DNA of 64,000 nt from Cyanobacteriota bacterium (GTDB lineage: Bacteria > Cyanobacteriota > Cyanobacteriia > Thermostichales > Thermostichaceae), in the NCBI GenBank assembly GCA_033764955.1, contig JANRIL010000023.1, forward strand, positions 97,290 through 161,289, written 5' to 3'. A model generated the notes under the pieces. The model searched no databases. It saw only the letters and a program-made list of their open reading frames with translations, and was not told the origin of the DNA. The translations under genes were made by a program, and so were the position numbers. Below are positions 37,507 through 48,358 of this stretch, one piece after another (the first letter of the stretch is position 1; each line of letters begins with the position of its first letter).

Positions 37507-38409
37507 ATGCCGACCCTCAATAAACCCTGGATCCATCACCTGTGCCTGATTTTGTTGCTTTTTGGACTGGGAGGTTGTGGTTCCCACTCCCTGCATACGT
37601 CACTGCCTCCCCCCGATAGCACGGGCGTTATCCTCTTCACCCAATCGGATAGTCGCTGTGGCACAACGGATCCCAGTTGGTTAGACAGTGAGCGTGCGGA
37701 TCAGTTGGCGCAAACTCGGCAAACTACCCGTCAACCGTTTGTCCCAATCACCATTCCGGTAGCGATTCATGTGATTACGCAAGACGGTGTGGTGGGAGAT
37801 GTGCCGGATCCAGTTTTGGATGAGCAGATGAAGGTGATTAACCAAGCCTTTGCTAACAGTGGCTTCACCTTCGCCTTGGCTTCTGTGGATCGCACCACCA
37901 ATCCGGCTTGGTTTGCGATGGAAAACGGATCTCCAGAGGAGCTAGAGGCCAAGACTACCCTCAGCGTGGATCCCTCCACCACCCTCAATATCTACATCGC
38001 CACCGCTGCCGATTTTTTGGGATGGGCTTATTTCCCCTATTCGGTGGCTTTGCGGCGCAACCCAGCTTTGGATGGAATTGTGATCGATTATGAGTCAGTG
38101 CCAGGGGGAGCGAGGGTACAGTTTAACGAGGGAGATACGGCCACCCACGAAATTGGTCACTGGCTAGGTCTCTACCACACCTTTCAACTGGGGTGTTTTC
38201 CGCCGGGGGATCGGGTCGCCGATACTCCTTACGAAGGGGATCCGGCGGAGGGCTGTCCGGTAACCCGCAATACCTGCAACCAACGGGGGCTGGATCCAGT
38301 ATTTAACTTTATGGACTACAGCGATGATCCCTGCATGAACCAGTTTAGTCTGGGGCAAGTGGCACGGATGCAGCAAATCGCCAGCCTGTTTCGCCCACAG
38401 CTATTTTGA
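37507..38409 (+). CDS. Lipoprotein zinc metalloprotease, M43 (ulilysin/pappalysin-like)
   Basis: Lipobox GLGGC; THEIGHWLGLYHTF; GD.VADTP; Met-turn NFMDY. Confidence 0.92.
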   Translation: MPTLNKPWIHHLCLILLLFGLGGCGSHSLHTSLPPPDSTGVILFTQSDSRCGTTDPSWLDSERADQLAQTRQTTRQPFVPITIPVAIHVITQDGVVGDVPDPVLDEQMKVINQAFANSGFTFALASVDRTTNPAWFAMENGSPEELEAKTTLSVDPSTTLNIYIATAADFLGWAYFPYSVALRRNPALDGIVIDYESVPGGARVQFNEGDTATHEIGHWLGLYHTFQLGCFPPGDRVADTPYEGDPAEGCPVTRNTCNQRGLDPVFNFMDYSDDPCMNQFSLGQVARMQQIASLFRPQLF

Positions 38410-38484
38410 GGGTCAAGCGGCGGGATCCCTCTCGACTGCTAAGGTGAACGGAGAGAAAATGGCGGCAACGGTCAGGAGCTTGGC

Positions 38485-39756
38485 ATGGAGCTGATGGTAG
38501 GGATCCTGCTGGGGCTGGGGGTGGGCTTACTGCTGGGCGGGGGGATCCTCTGGCGCTGGCGACAAACCAGCCGTCAACTGCTCAGCCACCTGGGATCCGA
38601 ACTCAACCTAAAGCTGGCCCTTTTGCCCCTCAGTCGAGTTCACTTCCCCATCCTAAAGCGGCATCGAGAACAGCAGGCGCAGATCCAGGTACTGGGGGAG
38701 CAGATTCAAGACTGGGAGCGGTTAGCCACCTGGATGCCCCTGGGGTTTCTTTTGGTGGACGAGAACAACTGGGTGATCCACTGTAATCCAGTGGCACAAA
38801 AGCTCCTGCATATTCAGCATTGGCAACCCCGCATCAAATTGTTGCTGGAATGGGTGCGTTCCTACGAATTGGATCAACTTGTGGAGGAGGCACGGCAGGT
38901 GCAGACCGACAATCGCCAGCAACCCCAAACTCACGAGTGGTTATTTTATCCCACCGGAGGCGAGAGCAAGCCCATTCCAATTCGTGGCTGGGCCATTTCC
39001 CTTTCCCAAAATCAGATTGGCATCTTTTTGGAGGATCGCATCGAGGCCAAAACCCTGGTGCAGCAACGAGATCGCTGGGCTTCCGATGTGGCTCATGAAC
39101 TAAAAACCCCCCTCACCTCAATCCGGTTAGTGGCGGAGACCCTGCAACCGCGTGTGGATCCCGCCCTCCGCCATTGGGTGGATCGTCTGCTGAATGAGAC
39201 GATTCGTCTGGGCAGCTTGGTGCAGGATTTATTGGAGCTGAGTTCTCTCAATCTAGCAACCACCGCTGCCCTCCGCATCAGCTATCTGGATATGGTGCCC
39301 CTTCTGCAAGAGGCGTGGCAAAGTCTAGAACCGCAAGCTCGTCCCCGCGGTCAATGGATGGATTACCAAGGCCCTGACAGTGTGATGTTATGGGGGGATC
39401 CGCAACGGCTGTATCGACTGTTTCTCAATCTCTTGGACAACAGCATCAAATATGGGAAAGGGGAGAGTGCGGTGCATGTGCAGATTCATCCTGGAGAGGG
39501 ATGGATCAAGGTGGAGGTTTTTGACCACGGCATCGGTCTACCCAGCAATGCCTTCCAGACGGTGTTTGAGCCATTTTATCGAACCGATACGGCGCGTGCC
39601 CGTAGCGAAGGGGGAACCGGCTTAGGGTTGGCCATTGTTCGACAAATTGTTGAGGCACATGGGGGAACGATCACCGCTCAAAACCATCCTGAAGTGGGTG
39701 GACTTTGGATTCAATTCCGACTGAATGCCAAACTTTTGGAGGCCAATTATCCCTGA
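38485..39756 (+). CDS. Sensor histidine kinase, SphS/PhoR-like
   Basis: SDVAHELKTPLTSIRLVAETLQ H-box, NLLDNSIKY, D.G.G and GGTGLGLAIV; PAS-like region. Confidence 0.85.
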   Translation: MELMVGILLGLGVGLLLGGGILWRWRQTSRQLLSHLGSELNLKLALLPLSRVHFPILKRHREQQAQIQVLGEQIQDWERLATWMPLGFLLVDENNWVIHCNPVAQKLLHIQHWQPRIKLLLEWVRSYELDQLVEEARQVQTDNRQQPQTHEWLFYPTGGESKPIPIRGWAISLSQNQIGIFLEDRIEAKTLVQQRDRWASDVAHELKTPLTSIRLVAETLQPRVDPALRHWVDRLLNETIRLGSLVQDLLELSSLNLATTAALRISYLDMVPLLQEAWQSLEPQARPRGQWMDYQGPDSVMLWGDPQRLYRLFLNLLDNSIKYGKGESAVHVQIHPGEGWIKVEVFDHGIGLPSNAFQTVFEPFYRTDTARARSEGGTGLGLAIVRQIVEAHGGTITAQNHPEVGGLWIQFRLNAKLLEANYP

Positions 39757-39782
39757 CCGCAAGGGATCCCCCTTCCCCTGCC

Positions 39783-40328
39783 TTAGCTGCCCATCAAAGA
39801 AGTCACCGCAATCCAGCCGCTCCCCAGCCAGTTGAGAGCCATTGCCCCTCCACAAAAGGTGAGCAGAACCAACACCCCCAACCGCCACCAGGGAAGATCC
39901 AGCGCGATCGCCGCTCCCCACAGTTGCCAAGCCACAAACCACAGCAGCGCCAGCAGACCTAACAGGGATCCCGCTATTCCCCCCAGAGCTTGGGCAGGAG
40001 CCAAAAACAGCCAAGGCAATCCGGCAAAACCACTGATCATCAAAAGAGCCGACAACGACGCAGAACGGCCAAAACTGGAAGCCAGCAACCAGAGCAGTCC
40101 CGCCCCAGCCAACCAGCCCAGGCAGCCCCCCAGCATCGTGCCCACCACCAGCCATGGGTCAAATCCAGAGCGCCGTCCCCCATCAATCCCACTCAGAAGC
40201 GCCACCACTAGAGCCGCCTGCCATAGCAAAGGGGTTTGTCGCATCGAGCGAAAGGTTCGATCTGGAAAAAACCAGGTTCCGTAAAGGTTATCCAAAAAAG
40301 TGTCTAGCATAGATGGAGGCAACCCCAC
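39783..40328 (-). CDS. Yip1-like membrane protein
   Basis: LYG..F.PD.TF followed by about five TM helices. Confidence 0.6.
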   Translation of the reverse strand: MGLPPSMLDTFLDNLYGTWFFPDRTFRSMRQTPLLWQAALVVALLSGIDGGRRSGFDPWLVVGTMLGGCLGWLAGAGLLWLLASSFGRSASLSALLMISGFAGLPWLFLAPAQALGGIAGSLLGLLALLWFVAWQLWGAAIALDLPWWRLGVLVLLTFCGGAMALNWLGSGWIAVTSLMGS

Positions 40329-40406
40329 AGAAGATAACGCCGGGTCAAGTGTGATAAGTTTCTGAAAAGATCCGATCGGGTCAATGGGTAAAACGCACTG
40401 TGTTTT

Positions 40407-41225
40407 ATGATTCTAACTCTTGCTCCGTCTGCGGAAGAACACGCTCAACAAGCCTTTTCAGAGGCTACGCTCCTGCAAGCCTATAAGAGTTTCAGCGAAT
40501 CGGGCGGTTTGGTATTGGAGGAGGTTTTCTCTGTTGTTCTGATTGAGCGGCTCTATGATCATTTTGTAGAAAATTACCGTAGCTATTTTGAAGACAAAAG
40601 CTATGCCGATGCCCTGTTAGTCGGCCATAAACGGTTGATGATCACCGTGGATTTGGTGGAGCCCTTCCATGATCCCCTCGTTTATGCCAATCCCTGGGTT
40701 TATCCCCTAATTCAGAAAATTTTGGGAGCCAAGTTTATTTTGAATGGTTTTGGAGCCGTGATTGCGTTGCCGGGATCCCACTCTCAGCATATCCACCGTG
40801 ATCTCTCCAGCCTTTTTCTGGATGATATGGCGGATGCGATTGTGCCCTGTTATGCCTTAAACGTGATTATTCCGCTAGTCGATTTAACGGAGAGGAACGG
40901 CACGACACGCATTTGGCCGGGATCCCATACTCGCTATGATCAATCGGTGGAAAAACTTTCAAAAACCCTCGAATTTCAGGATCCGTTATTAAAACGGGGA
41001 TCCTGTTTGTTGATTGATTATCGCCTGATTCACAGTGGCTTGGGCAATACCTCTGGAGAGGTGCGTCCGATTTTTTATAACACCTACAGCCGCCCTTGGT
41101 TTCGGGATCCGGTCAACTATAAAAAGCAGCCAGGGGTGATGATTAGCGCTGAAGCTCTCAGCAGGGTTCCCAAAATCTATCAAGATCTGTTTGCTGCCAG
41201 CAGTCCCCTTCCTTCCCTTGGCTAA
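40407..41225 (+). CDS. Phytanoyl-CoA dioxygenase (PhyH) family Fe(II)/2OG enzyme
   Basis: Q.IHRD, IPLVD....NG.T..WPGSH and G..L..DYRL.H.G.N motifs. Confidence 0.85.
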   Translation: MILTLAPSAEEHAQQAFSEATLLQAYKSFSESGGLVLEEVFSVVLIERLYDHFVENYRSYFEDKSYADALLVGHKRLMITVDLVEPFHDPLVYANPWVYPLIQKILGAKFILNGFGAVIALPGSHSQHIHRDLSSLFLDDMADAIVPCYALNVIIPLVDLTERNGTTRIWPGSHTRYDQSVEKLSKTLEFQDPLLKRGSCLLIDYRLIHSGLGNTSGEVRPIFYNTYSRPWFRDPVNYKKQPGVMISAEALSRVPKIYQDLFAASSPLPSLG

Positions 41226-41279
41226 GCTAGAGGCAGTGATACTCGCCTCGGATCCTGGGTGGATCCCTACTGATCATTT

Positions 41280-42326
41280 ATGAAACTTTCCAGCAAAAAT
41301 CTTCACCTTTACAGCGATGTCCTTTATGACGTGATCGTCGTCGGGGGGGGAGCGGGAGGACTATCGGCGGCCATCTATCTGGCTCGCTATGGCCTGCGTT
41401 GTTTAGTGATTGAAAAGGGGCGAGGTCGATCGTTTTGGATGCAGGATCTGCGTAACTATTTGGGGCTGGATCCCGAAACGCCAGGGCGGGATCTGCTCAA
41501 CCAGGGGCTAGATCACATTCTGCAACTGGGGGGCGACTATCTGCGGGGCTTTGTCGAATCGGTCACGGATCAGGGAGAAACCTTTGCGGTCACGGTGAAA
41601 GTTGGCAAAACCCAGAGTATTTATCCGGTGTTTCGTAGCAAATATGTGGTAGCCGCTTCTGGCATCATCGATCACCTGCCACAACTGCCGGATATGCAAA
41701 ATGTTTATGACTATGCCGGATATAGCCTGCATGTCTGCTTGATCTGTGACGGCTACGAGATGAAAGATCAGCCAGCAGTTTTGATTGCGGGATCGGAAGC
41801 CCACATCAATGTAGCCTTTGTCCTCAACTGGTTTACTCCCTACATTCATGTGCTTACCCACGGTTTATTTGAGGTGAGTGGTGCCATGCGGGATAAGCTG
41901 GCGAGCTACGGCTTTCCCCTCTACGAATCGGCGATCCGGCGCTTTTTGGGCAGCCACCATCAACTGAGTGGCGTTGAACTGACGGACGGGCAGGTAATCC
42001 AGGCCACCACAGGTTTAGTGGCGATGGGATCCCATTATCACAACGCCTATCTGAAGGGGATCCCCTCATTGCGCTGGGAGGGGGAAAATCTGCTCACCAA
42101 CGAATGGTGCCAGACGGATCATCCCCGCTTGTTTGCCCTGGGGGATCTGAAAAAAGGACTCAATCAAGTGGCGATTGCCGTCGCAGATGGCACCCTAGCC
42201 GCCACCAAAATTTGGCGTGAAATCCGACAATCCTCCCCGCCCCGCCGCTGGCAAGACCGTTTGTCACCCCCCATAGGTGCGGATCCCAAAGGCGAGCCGA
42301 TTGCGGATCCGGTGATCGCACGATAA
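41280..42326 (+). CDS. NAD(P)/FAD-dependent oxidoreductase, thioredoxin-reductase-like
   Basis: DVIVVGGGAGGLSAA, CLICDG and FALGD...QVAIA..DG motifs. Confidence 0.88.
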   Translation: MKLSSKNLHLYSDVLYDVIVVGGGAGGLSAAIYLARYGLRCLVIEKGRGRSFWMQDLRNYLGLDPETPGRDLLNQGLDHILQLGGDYLRGFVESVTDQGETFAVTVKVGKTQSIYPVFRSKYVVAASGIIDHLPQLPDMQNVYDYAGYSLHVCLICDGYEMKDQPAVLIAGSEAHINVAFVLNWFTPYIHVLTHGLFEVSGAMRDKLASYGFPLYESAIRRFLGSHHQLSGVELTDGQVIQATTGLVAMGSHYHNAYLKGIPSLRWEGENLLTNEWCQTDHPRLFALGDLKKGLNQVAIAVADGTLAATKIWREIRQSSPPRRWQDRLSPPIGADPKGEPIADPVIAR

Positions 42327-42355
42327 TGGGGATAACCCTCTCGGAAGCAACCCCT

Positions 42356-42976
42356 ATGACCTCACAGGTTTATCCCTGGCCCTACTGCACGGGGGGCATT
42401 CCCGACCAAGCTTTTGAACGGATCCCTGGCATCCCTTTGAGTGCGCGGGAGGTGCGAGTGCTGGTGCTCAGTCAACTGCGTCTGCAAGCCAGCGATTGTC
42501 TGTGGGATATTGGGGCGGGTACGGGCACAATCTCGGTGGAGGCGGCGCTGTTATGTCGGCAGGGGCGGGTGATCGCCGTCGAGCGGGATGCGGAGGTGGT
42601 GGAGTTAATTGAGCGCAACTGCTTGAAGTTCGGCCTGAGCAACGTCAAGGTGGTACAGGGAACCGCTCCTGAGTGCTTGCCAACCCTCTCCCAGGATCCC
42701 TACCCGCCACCGGATCGCATCTGTATTGAGGGGGGACAACCCTTACAAACCGTGCTAGAGGAAAGCTGGCAACGGCTGAAACCGGGGGGGCGAATCGTGG
42801 CCACCACCACCTCCTTAGAAGGACTTTATGGGCTCTCGACGGCGCTAGCCAGCGTGCAGGCGCGCCACGTAGAGGTCAGTCAGTGTGCCGTGAATCGGCT
42901 AGAAATGCGTGGGCGCAGTCAAATGTTTGTGGCGCTAGATCCGATTTTCGTCTTGAGTGGGGAAAAAGGGGACTGA
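42356..42976 (+). CDS. cbiT: Precorrin-6Y C15-methyltransferase (decarboxylating)
   Basis: GIPD..F...PGIP...REVR, WDIGAGTG.I.VE and L.PGGRIV motifs. Confidence 0.9.
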   Translation: MTSQVYPWPYCTGGIPDQAFERIPGIPLSAREVRVLVLSQLRLQASDCLWDIGAGTGTISVEAALLCRQGRVIAVERDAEVVELIERNCLKFGLSNVKVVQGTAPECLPTLSQDPYPPPDRICIEGGQPLQTVLEESWQRLKPGGRIVATTTSLEGLYGLSTALASVQARHVEVSQCAVNRLEMRGRSQMFVALDPIFVLSGEKGD

Positions 42977-42987
42977 GGCCGCATCCT

Positions 42988-44415
42988 ATGACGATCCCAT
43001 GGGATCCCATCCTGAAAGCACTCAAGACCTACTGGGGCTATGACCACTTTCGCCCACCCCAGGATGAGATTGTGCGCTGTTTACTGGAAAAACGAGATGC
43101 TTTGGTTGCCCTCCCCACCTCCTCCGGCAAGTCCCTTTGCTTTCAGATCCCGGCCATCCTCACGTCGGGGATAACTCTGGTCATTTCTCCCTTGATTGCC
43201 TTAATGGAGGATCAAGTCCAGGATCTGCGAAAACGACGACTCGCTGCCGCCACCCTGCACAGCCAGATGTCTGGGTTTCAGCGCCGGCAGGTTTTACAAG
43301 CTGTGGCTCGCCACCAGATCCGCCTCCTTTATCTGGCTCCTGAAACCCTCTTTAGTGAGGCTGTTTGGCCGATTTTGGTGGATCCTGCCCTGCCGATAAA
43401 CGGCTTGATGATCGATGAGTCCCATACCCTGGTGCATTGGGGAGAATCCTTTCGCCCAGATTATCGACGGCTGGGATCCGTGCGTTCTGCCTTGGGCAAG
43501 TCCTTTCCGGTAGCCGCCTTCACGGCTACCGCCGATGCTTATACACAAAAGGTTTTGCAGGAGGTCTTGCAGTTGCATCAGCCCACCCTAATTCAAGTCA
43601 GTCCTTTTCGACCCAATTTACATCTCCATATCTCGATGGCTTGGACACCCGCCTTACGCAAGCAGCAAACCCATCAATTTATTCAGCGCCAGCAGGGATC
43701 CGCTGGGTTGGTTTATGTACGCACCAGGCAGGAGGCCAAAGACTTAACCGCATGGCTGAGAAATCAAGGTTGGCTGACCGCAACCTACCACGGCGGACTG
43801 GGAGCTGAGCAGCGTCGCCAATTGGAGCAGGATTGGCTGGAGGATCGCTGTCCGTTTTTGGTTTGTACCAATGCCTTTGGCATGGGCATCAACAAGCCCA
43901 ATTGCCGTTGGGTTCTCCATTATCGGCCTGCGGCTTCCATCAGCGATTATGTCCAAGAGGTAGGGCGGGGTGGGCGGGATGGCGAAGTGGCGCGAGCGTT
44001 GATGCTGGTATCAGAACCCAGCGGTTTTTTGGATCCGACGGATCGCCAACTGGCAGATTTCTTGAGCCAGCAACGCCAACAATCCCAACGTCAGGCTAGA
44101 CAAGCCTTAAAACAGCTCCCCGATCACGGATCCTTGGCGGAATGGTTGGCTCAAGCGGGATCCGAAGGCAAGCTGACCTTGGCGTTGTTGCATCAAGCCG
44201 CTTGCCTGGAGTGGAGGGATCCCTTCCACTTTCGCATCCTGAAGCGTGACTTTCCCAATCAAAGGGATCCCTTATTTCAAGACCCCGCTGAGGGGATGCG
44301 GCAGTTGATCGAAAGCCGCCACTGTCGCTGGCAGGTGATCCGACGAGCCTTCGGAGATGTCGGTGGGGATCCCTGTGGGTGTTGTGATAACTGCCGAAAG
44401 CAACAGAAGCGTTAA
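42988..44415 (+). CDS. recQ: RecQ-family ATP-dependent DNA helicase (short form)
   Basis: LPTSSGKSLCFQ, SPLIALMEDQV, DESH, WG..FRPDY, AFGMGINK, QEVGRGGRDG and a C-terminal CR...C..CDNC zinc site. Confidence 0.88.
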   Translation: MTIPWDPILKALKTYWGYDHFRPPQDEIVRCLLEKRDALVALPTSSGKSLCFQIPAILTSGITLVISPLIALMEDQVQDLRKRRLAAATLHSQMSGFQRRQVLQAVARHQIRLLYLAPETLFSEAVWPILVDPALPINGLMIDESHTLVHWGESFRPDYRRLGSVRSALGKSFPVAAFTATADAYTQKVLQEVLQLHQPTLIQVSPFRPNLHLHISMAWTPALRKQQTHQFIQRQQGSAGLVYVRTRQEAKDLTAWLRNQGWLTATYHGGLGAEQRRQLEQDWLEDRCPFLVCTNAFGMGINKPNCRWVLHYRPAASISDYVQEVGRGGRDGEVARALMLVSEPSGFLDPTDRQLADFLSQQRQQSQRQARQALKQLPDHGSLAEWLAQAGSEGKLTLALLHQAACLEWRDPFHFRILKRDFPNQRDPLFQDPAEGMRQLIESRHCRWQVIRRAFGDVGGDPCGCCDNCRKQQKR

Positions 44416-44678
44416 CCATCAAATCGGAAGGATGCATTGAAGCAACGCTACATCCTGGACTTTCGGGAGTCTTATTCAAGTAATTTTGCTTAACGTGATG
44501 AGTTTTAACCTAACAGGTAATATTTGAGGATCACTATCTAGGGGAAATGGATATCAGCTAAATGAGCCGGATATCCGCTAGGGAATAATCGGCTATATTG
44601 CTACCTTAATTTTAGCCGCACTATCCTCGTAGCACTGCCGTCAAGTAAAATAAACCGCATAGAACCCTCAACCTCGAT

Positions 44679-45950
44679 ATGATGATTACTATCTTTTTCC
44701 CAGTTATTCGTCAAGTATTCGTGTTATTGATGGTTATTTCAATGTGTTGCTGTGCCATGGTACAGCCAGCACACGCAAATACCGTATCAGATCTCACAGA
44801 CCCCAGTCTTTATCTAGAAGCCACTCCGTTTCTAAAAGACGGAGAAACTCCACCCAATCTAGAATGGCTAAAATTGGCAGAAGAAATTAATAACGACTGG
44901 CTAGTACAGCCGATTGAAGAGAATCCGGCAACCTTGGTGATAGCACCTAAGCAGGGGGATCTATCAAAGGCAAAGCATATTCTTGTGCCGATGGGGCGTC
45001 GATCAAGTGCCTTTGGAACGGCGATAACTACTAGTCTCAATTTGTTTCGGAGTAAGGAATTATTTGTCGTATTAACTATTGTCAACTATAACAATATTCA
45101 GGAATACGGGAAAGCGTTGCTGGAGAAGTCTAAATCTGATCAAACTGATTTAATTATGCCTGTCGGTTCAATTGCCGCTGATTTTGTCATTACAGAATTT
45201 GCAGGGGAAACTTTGCCCGTTGTAACGAACACAGCTAAGGATCCAGTACTCATGAAGCAAATAGATAGTTATGATAGGGGCAGCGGAACCAACATTGCTT
45301 TTACAACATTTAGTATTCCCATCGAAACTCTCAAAACTTACTTACTTCAGTTAAAGCCAAACCTTAAGAATATTGGGATACTCTATGAGTCATTTAATGA
45401 AAGTACAGTTAAAACACAGGTGGAACCTTTAGTCGCAGAGGCTAATTTATCAGGGATCCAAACATTACTCTATGCAGTAGATGATGAGGACTTTTCCAAA
45501 GAGACTCTGATTAAACTAATTCCGCAAGCTCTACAAGATATGTCTTCTAGTGACCCTGCCTTAAGTAACAGTATCTTTTTTGTGACAGGCAGCGCATCTG
45601 TTTTTCAAGAAATTGAGACTATTACCAATCTCAGCAGAAACGTAGTGGTGGTGGCTACCTTACCTGATGTCGTCAAAGAAGGATCCAGCAGTGCTGATCT
45701 CTCCATTGGCGTCAATATTCAAAGCTCAGCTTATGTAGCAGCGCTTTATGTCGTAGATATTTTATCAGGACAAACTAAGCCCGGTGATCTGCCTGTAGGT
45801 TATGTTACTCCACCAGACGTTGCTATTAACTTCTTGAGAACTTACCAAAACCAGCTTAAAATTCCCTTTGACTTCTTCGAGCTAGCTAGTTTTATTTACG
45901 ATAAGACAGGCCAGCCAGTACGACTGTTTGGGCAAAACTTGATTGGCTAA
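44679..45950 (+). CDS. Periplasmic ABC-type substrate-binding protein
   Basis: Signal peptide ending AHA; IGILY; GV.....Y.A..YV.DIL.G..KPGDLPV..VTPP..AIN. No ABC permease or ATPase adjacent. Confidence 0.7.
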   Translation: MMITIFFPVIRQVFVLLMVISMCCCAMVQPAHANTVSDLTDPSLYLEATPFLKDGETPPNLEWLKLAEEINNDWLVQPIEENPATLVIAPKQGDLSKAKHILVPMGRRSSAFGTAITTSLNLFRSKELFVVLTIVNYNNIQEYGKALLEKSKSDQTDLIMPVGSIAADFVITEFAGETLPVVTNTAKDPVLMKQIDSYDRGSGTNIAFTTFSIPIETLKTYLLQLKPNLKNIGILYESFNESTVKTQVEPLVAEANLSGIQTLLYAVDDEDFSKETLIKLIPQALQDMSSSDPALSNSIFFVTGSASVFQEIETITNLSRNVVVVATLPDVVKEGSSSADLSIGVNIQSSAYVAALYVVDILSGQTKPGDLPVGYVTPPDVAINFLRTYQNQLKIPFDFFELASFIYDKTGQPVRLFGQNLIG

Positions 45951-48358
45951 CTAGGTGATTCTGATTTCTGGGATCCCTTGCGGAATTCTGACCAAAAGAG
46001 GATCCCAAATACAATACTGGCTAAGCCAACCCAACTTAGCGCAATAAAATCTTCCCTGTAGAAAAACAGTAATTGACCAATCAAAATTGGCCCCATAATT
46101 TGTCCAGCTCGCTCTAACAGGCGGTAGATGGATCCTGTAGTTGCTTGCCCTAAACGTTTAGCAACATCTGTTTCAGTAATATAGGTAAGGCTAGGTGCAT
46201 TAATTGAACCATGACCTATACCCAAGAGAGATACTCCACAGGCAAGTAAAATTACAGTAAGGATAGGAAAATTTTCCTGCCAAATGGTTGAAGCAGAAAC
46301 TAAACCCATCAAGAATAGTCCAATACCACTAGCAACGCAGCCAAATACAAGCACAAACCTGATATTACCAATTCGGTCAACATATCGGCTAGTAGCTGCA
46401 CTCGAAAGTAAAACTCCTGCGGCATAAAACATCATAATTTGACCAATATCCTCTTGCCCAAATTGTTGCCTCGACAGGAGAAGTGGCAAAGCAAAGACTG
46501 TAACTCCAGTAAAAACAGCTCTATATGGTAAGCCAATTAAAAAAATTGTCTTGATAAATTTCAGGTCACGAAATACAGAAGTCAGACTTTGTAATAGAGA
46601 AGACGTGTTTTGCGGAATAGAAGAAACTGCACCATCTTGCTGATTCAAGTCAGTAACAGTTTGGGTAGTAGCTGCTCCCGGTAGGATCTGAGGGATTAAG
46701 CCTTGCAAGTAAATTAATGCAGACAAGCCAACCACGGCACCTACCAAAAATACTCCCTGAATACCTAAATAAATAGAAAGTAAAGCACCTATTGCCACAC
46801 TAGAAAGGCGTGCTGCAAAGAAGTCAAAGACCATCAGGTCATTACCTTGCGTTTTCCTCTGCGGCGAAACAACTTCTAAGATATAGGACTGAACTGCTAC
46901 TGTTAGTATTCCTTGCCCAGCTCCCGCTAATGCTCTAATCAAATACATAGCCCAGAAGTTTTGAACACCTGCCATTGCTAAAGCTACCAAACCTGTTAAT
47001 AGTCCAGACCAGAGCAAAACGGGTTTGCATCCATAACGATTAACCCAACTGGTAGCGGGTAGCATTGCTAGTGCCCATCCCAAAAAATAAGTTGTAAATA
47101 ATGTAGGAACAAGATGTATATCTACCTGAGAGGCATCAGCGATCCCATTCAGATACTGTGGCAGGAAAGATATACTTAACCCATCCACAAATGAAAGAAT
47201 AAAGTAATACGGCTCAATCAATTTCATCTGAAAAACTTCATACTCAATTGTATTTACATCCGGTTTGCGAGTAAATAGTTTGAGCAAATTAAGAAACATG
47301 GTGGACAGAAAAGCAGAAGCAATAAATAGTGATAGGAAATTTTTAACGCTTCGCCACAGTCGCCTGTAAAGAATATCCTTTGGTGTCTTTACAACCATAC
47401 CGTACTCAGGTGTTTCAGGATTTTGGGAAGGTAAAGCCACCTCATATTCAAAAAATCCACCTACCTGTTGTGATTCCTCCCCCCTTGCCCCCGCTTCATA
47501 AAGGGTTTGATTGCTAGAACGTACGGCAATATAACTAATCTCAGGGTTAAAGTCTTGATAACTTTCTAGAGTTTCAGTGATCCCAGTTAGATCCTCAAAA
47601 TCTAAGTTGAGTTGAATGGGAGCATTCAAACGGCTGCCTAGCGATAGCATAAGGCCTTGGGTCTTTCCCTGAATCCCACCACTATAAAGGAATGTCAAAG
47701 CTAACATGACAGCAGCGGCAAGGATCAAATAAGTAAAACTAAAACTAAAGTCTAGCCACTTAGCGTTATACTGACCGATAGACAAATAAATGCGTATTGC
47801 CAAAGCGAAGAAGACGGCGATTAGGGCAACTCCCACAACCCAGACAAATCTAAAACTTTCATTAATATCGTCGGTGACAGCTTGCTTCGTTAAAGTAACC
47901 AATATGTCACCTACCTGCTCAAATTTGTTTTTAAGAGGCAGCTTGACCCTATAATCTGTCTTATTTTCTTCCAGCATATAAATATCTTGCTTGCCAATAC
48001 TGGGAGTAGGTATATAGTTAGTGTCATTTCTAGAGAATCCTTGGCGATTAAGATTAAAAGTTTCTTGTCCATTCACATTAACAACTTGTACTTGCTGAAT
48101 ATCTAAATCCGTATCAAGGATAGATTGTGACAAGCTGGCAAAGCCTGAAAACTGTTCTAGTGGCAAGCCTGCATTCAGGTAAGTTTGCAGAGAGTTTTGC
48201 ATAATCTGGCCTTGAGCAACTACTCTGTCAACTAGAAATTGCGGGTGATTTTTATAAGCGTCTCCAATACCCACTAACATTACTGTTGTAAAGCTAATGA
48301 CTAAAATAACTACTGCGATAGCAGTATTGATCAAGGCGGTTTTTCGATTGCTACGCAT
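45947..48358 (-). CDS. MFS transporter with a ~370-aa N-terminal membrane/periplasmic extension
   Basis: C-terminal 12-TM MFS-like region (RYGCKPVL, IRALAGAGQG, YVDRIG, ER.G...GP). The N-terminus has two TM-loop-TM modules. Confidence 0.75.
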   Translation of the reverse strand: MRSNRKTALINTAIAVVILVISFTTVMLVGIGDAYKNHPQFLVDRVVAQGQIMQNSLQTYLNAGLPLEQFSGFASLSQSILDTDLDIQQVQVVNVNGQETFNLNRQGFSRNDTNYIPTPSIGKQDIYMLEENKTDYRVKLPLKNKFEQVGDILVTLTKQAVTDDINESFRFVWVVGVALIAVFFALAIRIYLSIGQYNAKWLDFSFSFTYLILAAAVMLALTFLYSGGIQGKTQGLMLSLGSRLNAPIQLNLDFEDLTGITETLESYQDFNPEISYIAVRSSNQTLYEAGARGEESQQVGGFFEYEVALPSQNPETPEYGMVVKTPKDILYRRLWRSVKNFLSLFIASAFLSTMFLNLLKLFTRKPDVNTIEYEVFQMKLIEPYYFILSFVDGLSISFLPQYLNGIADASQVDIHLVPTLFTTYFLGWALAMLPATSWVNRYGCKPVLLWSGLLTGLVALAMAGVQNFWAMYLIRALAGAGQGILTVAVQSYILEVVSPQRKTQGNDLMVFDFFAARLSSVAIGALLSIYLGIQGVFLVGAVVGLSALIYLQGLIPQILPGAATTQTVTDLNQQDGAVSSIPQNTSSLLQSLTSVFRDLKFIKTIFLIGLPYRAVFTGVTVFALPLLLSRQQFGQEDIGQIMMFYAAGVLLSSAATSRYVDRIGNIRFVLVFGCVASGIGLFLMGLVSASTIWQENFPILTVILLACGVSLLGIGHGSINAPSLTYITETDVAKRLGQATTGSIYRLLERAGQIMGPILIGQLLFFYREDFIALSWVGLASIVFGILFWSEFRKGSQKSESPS

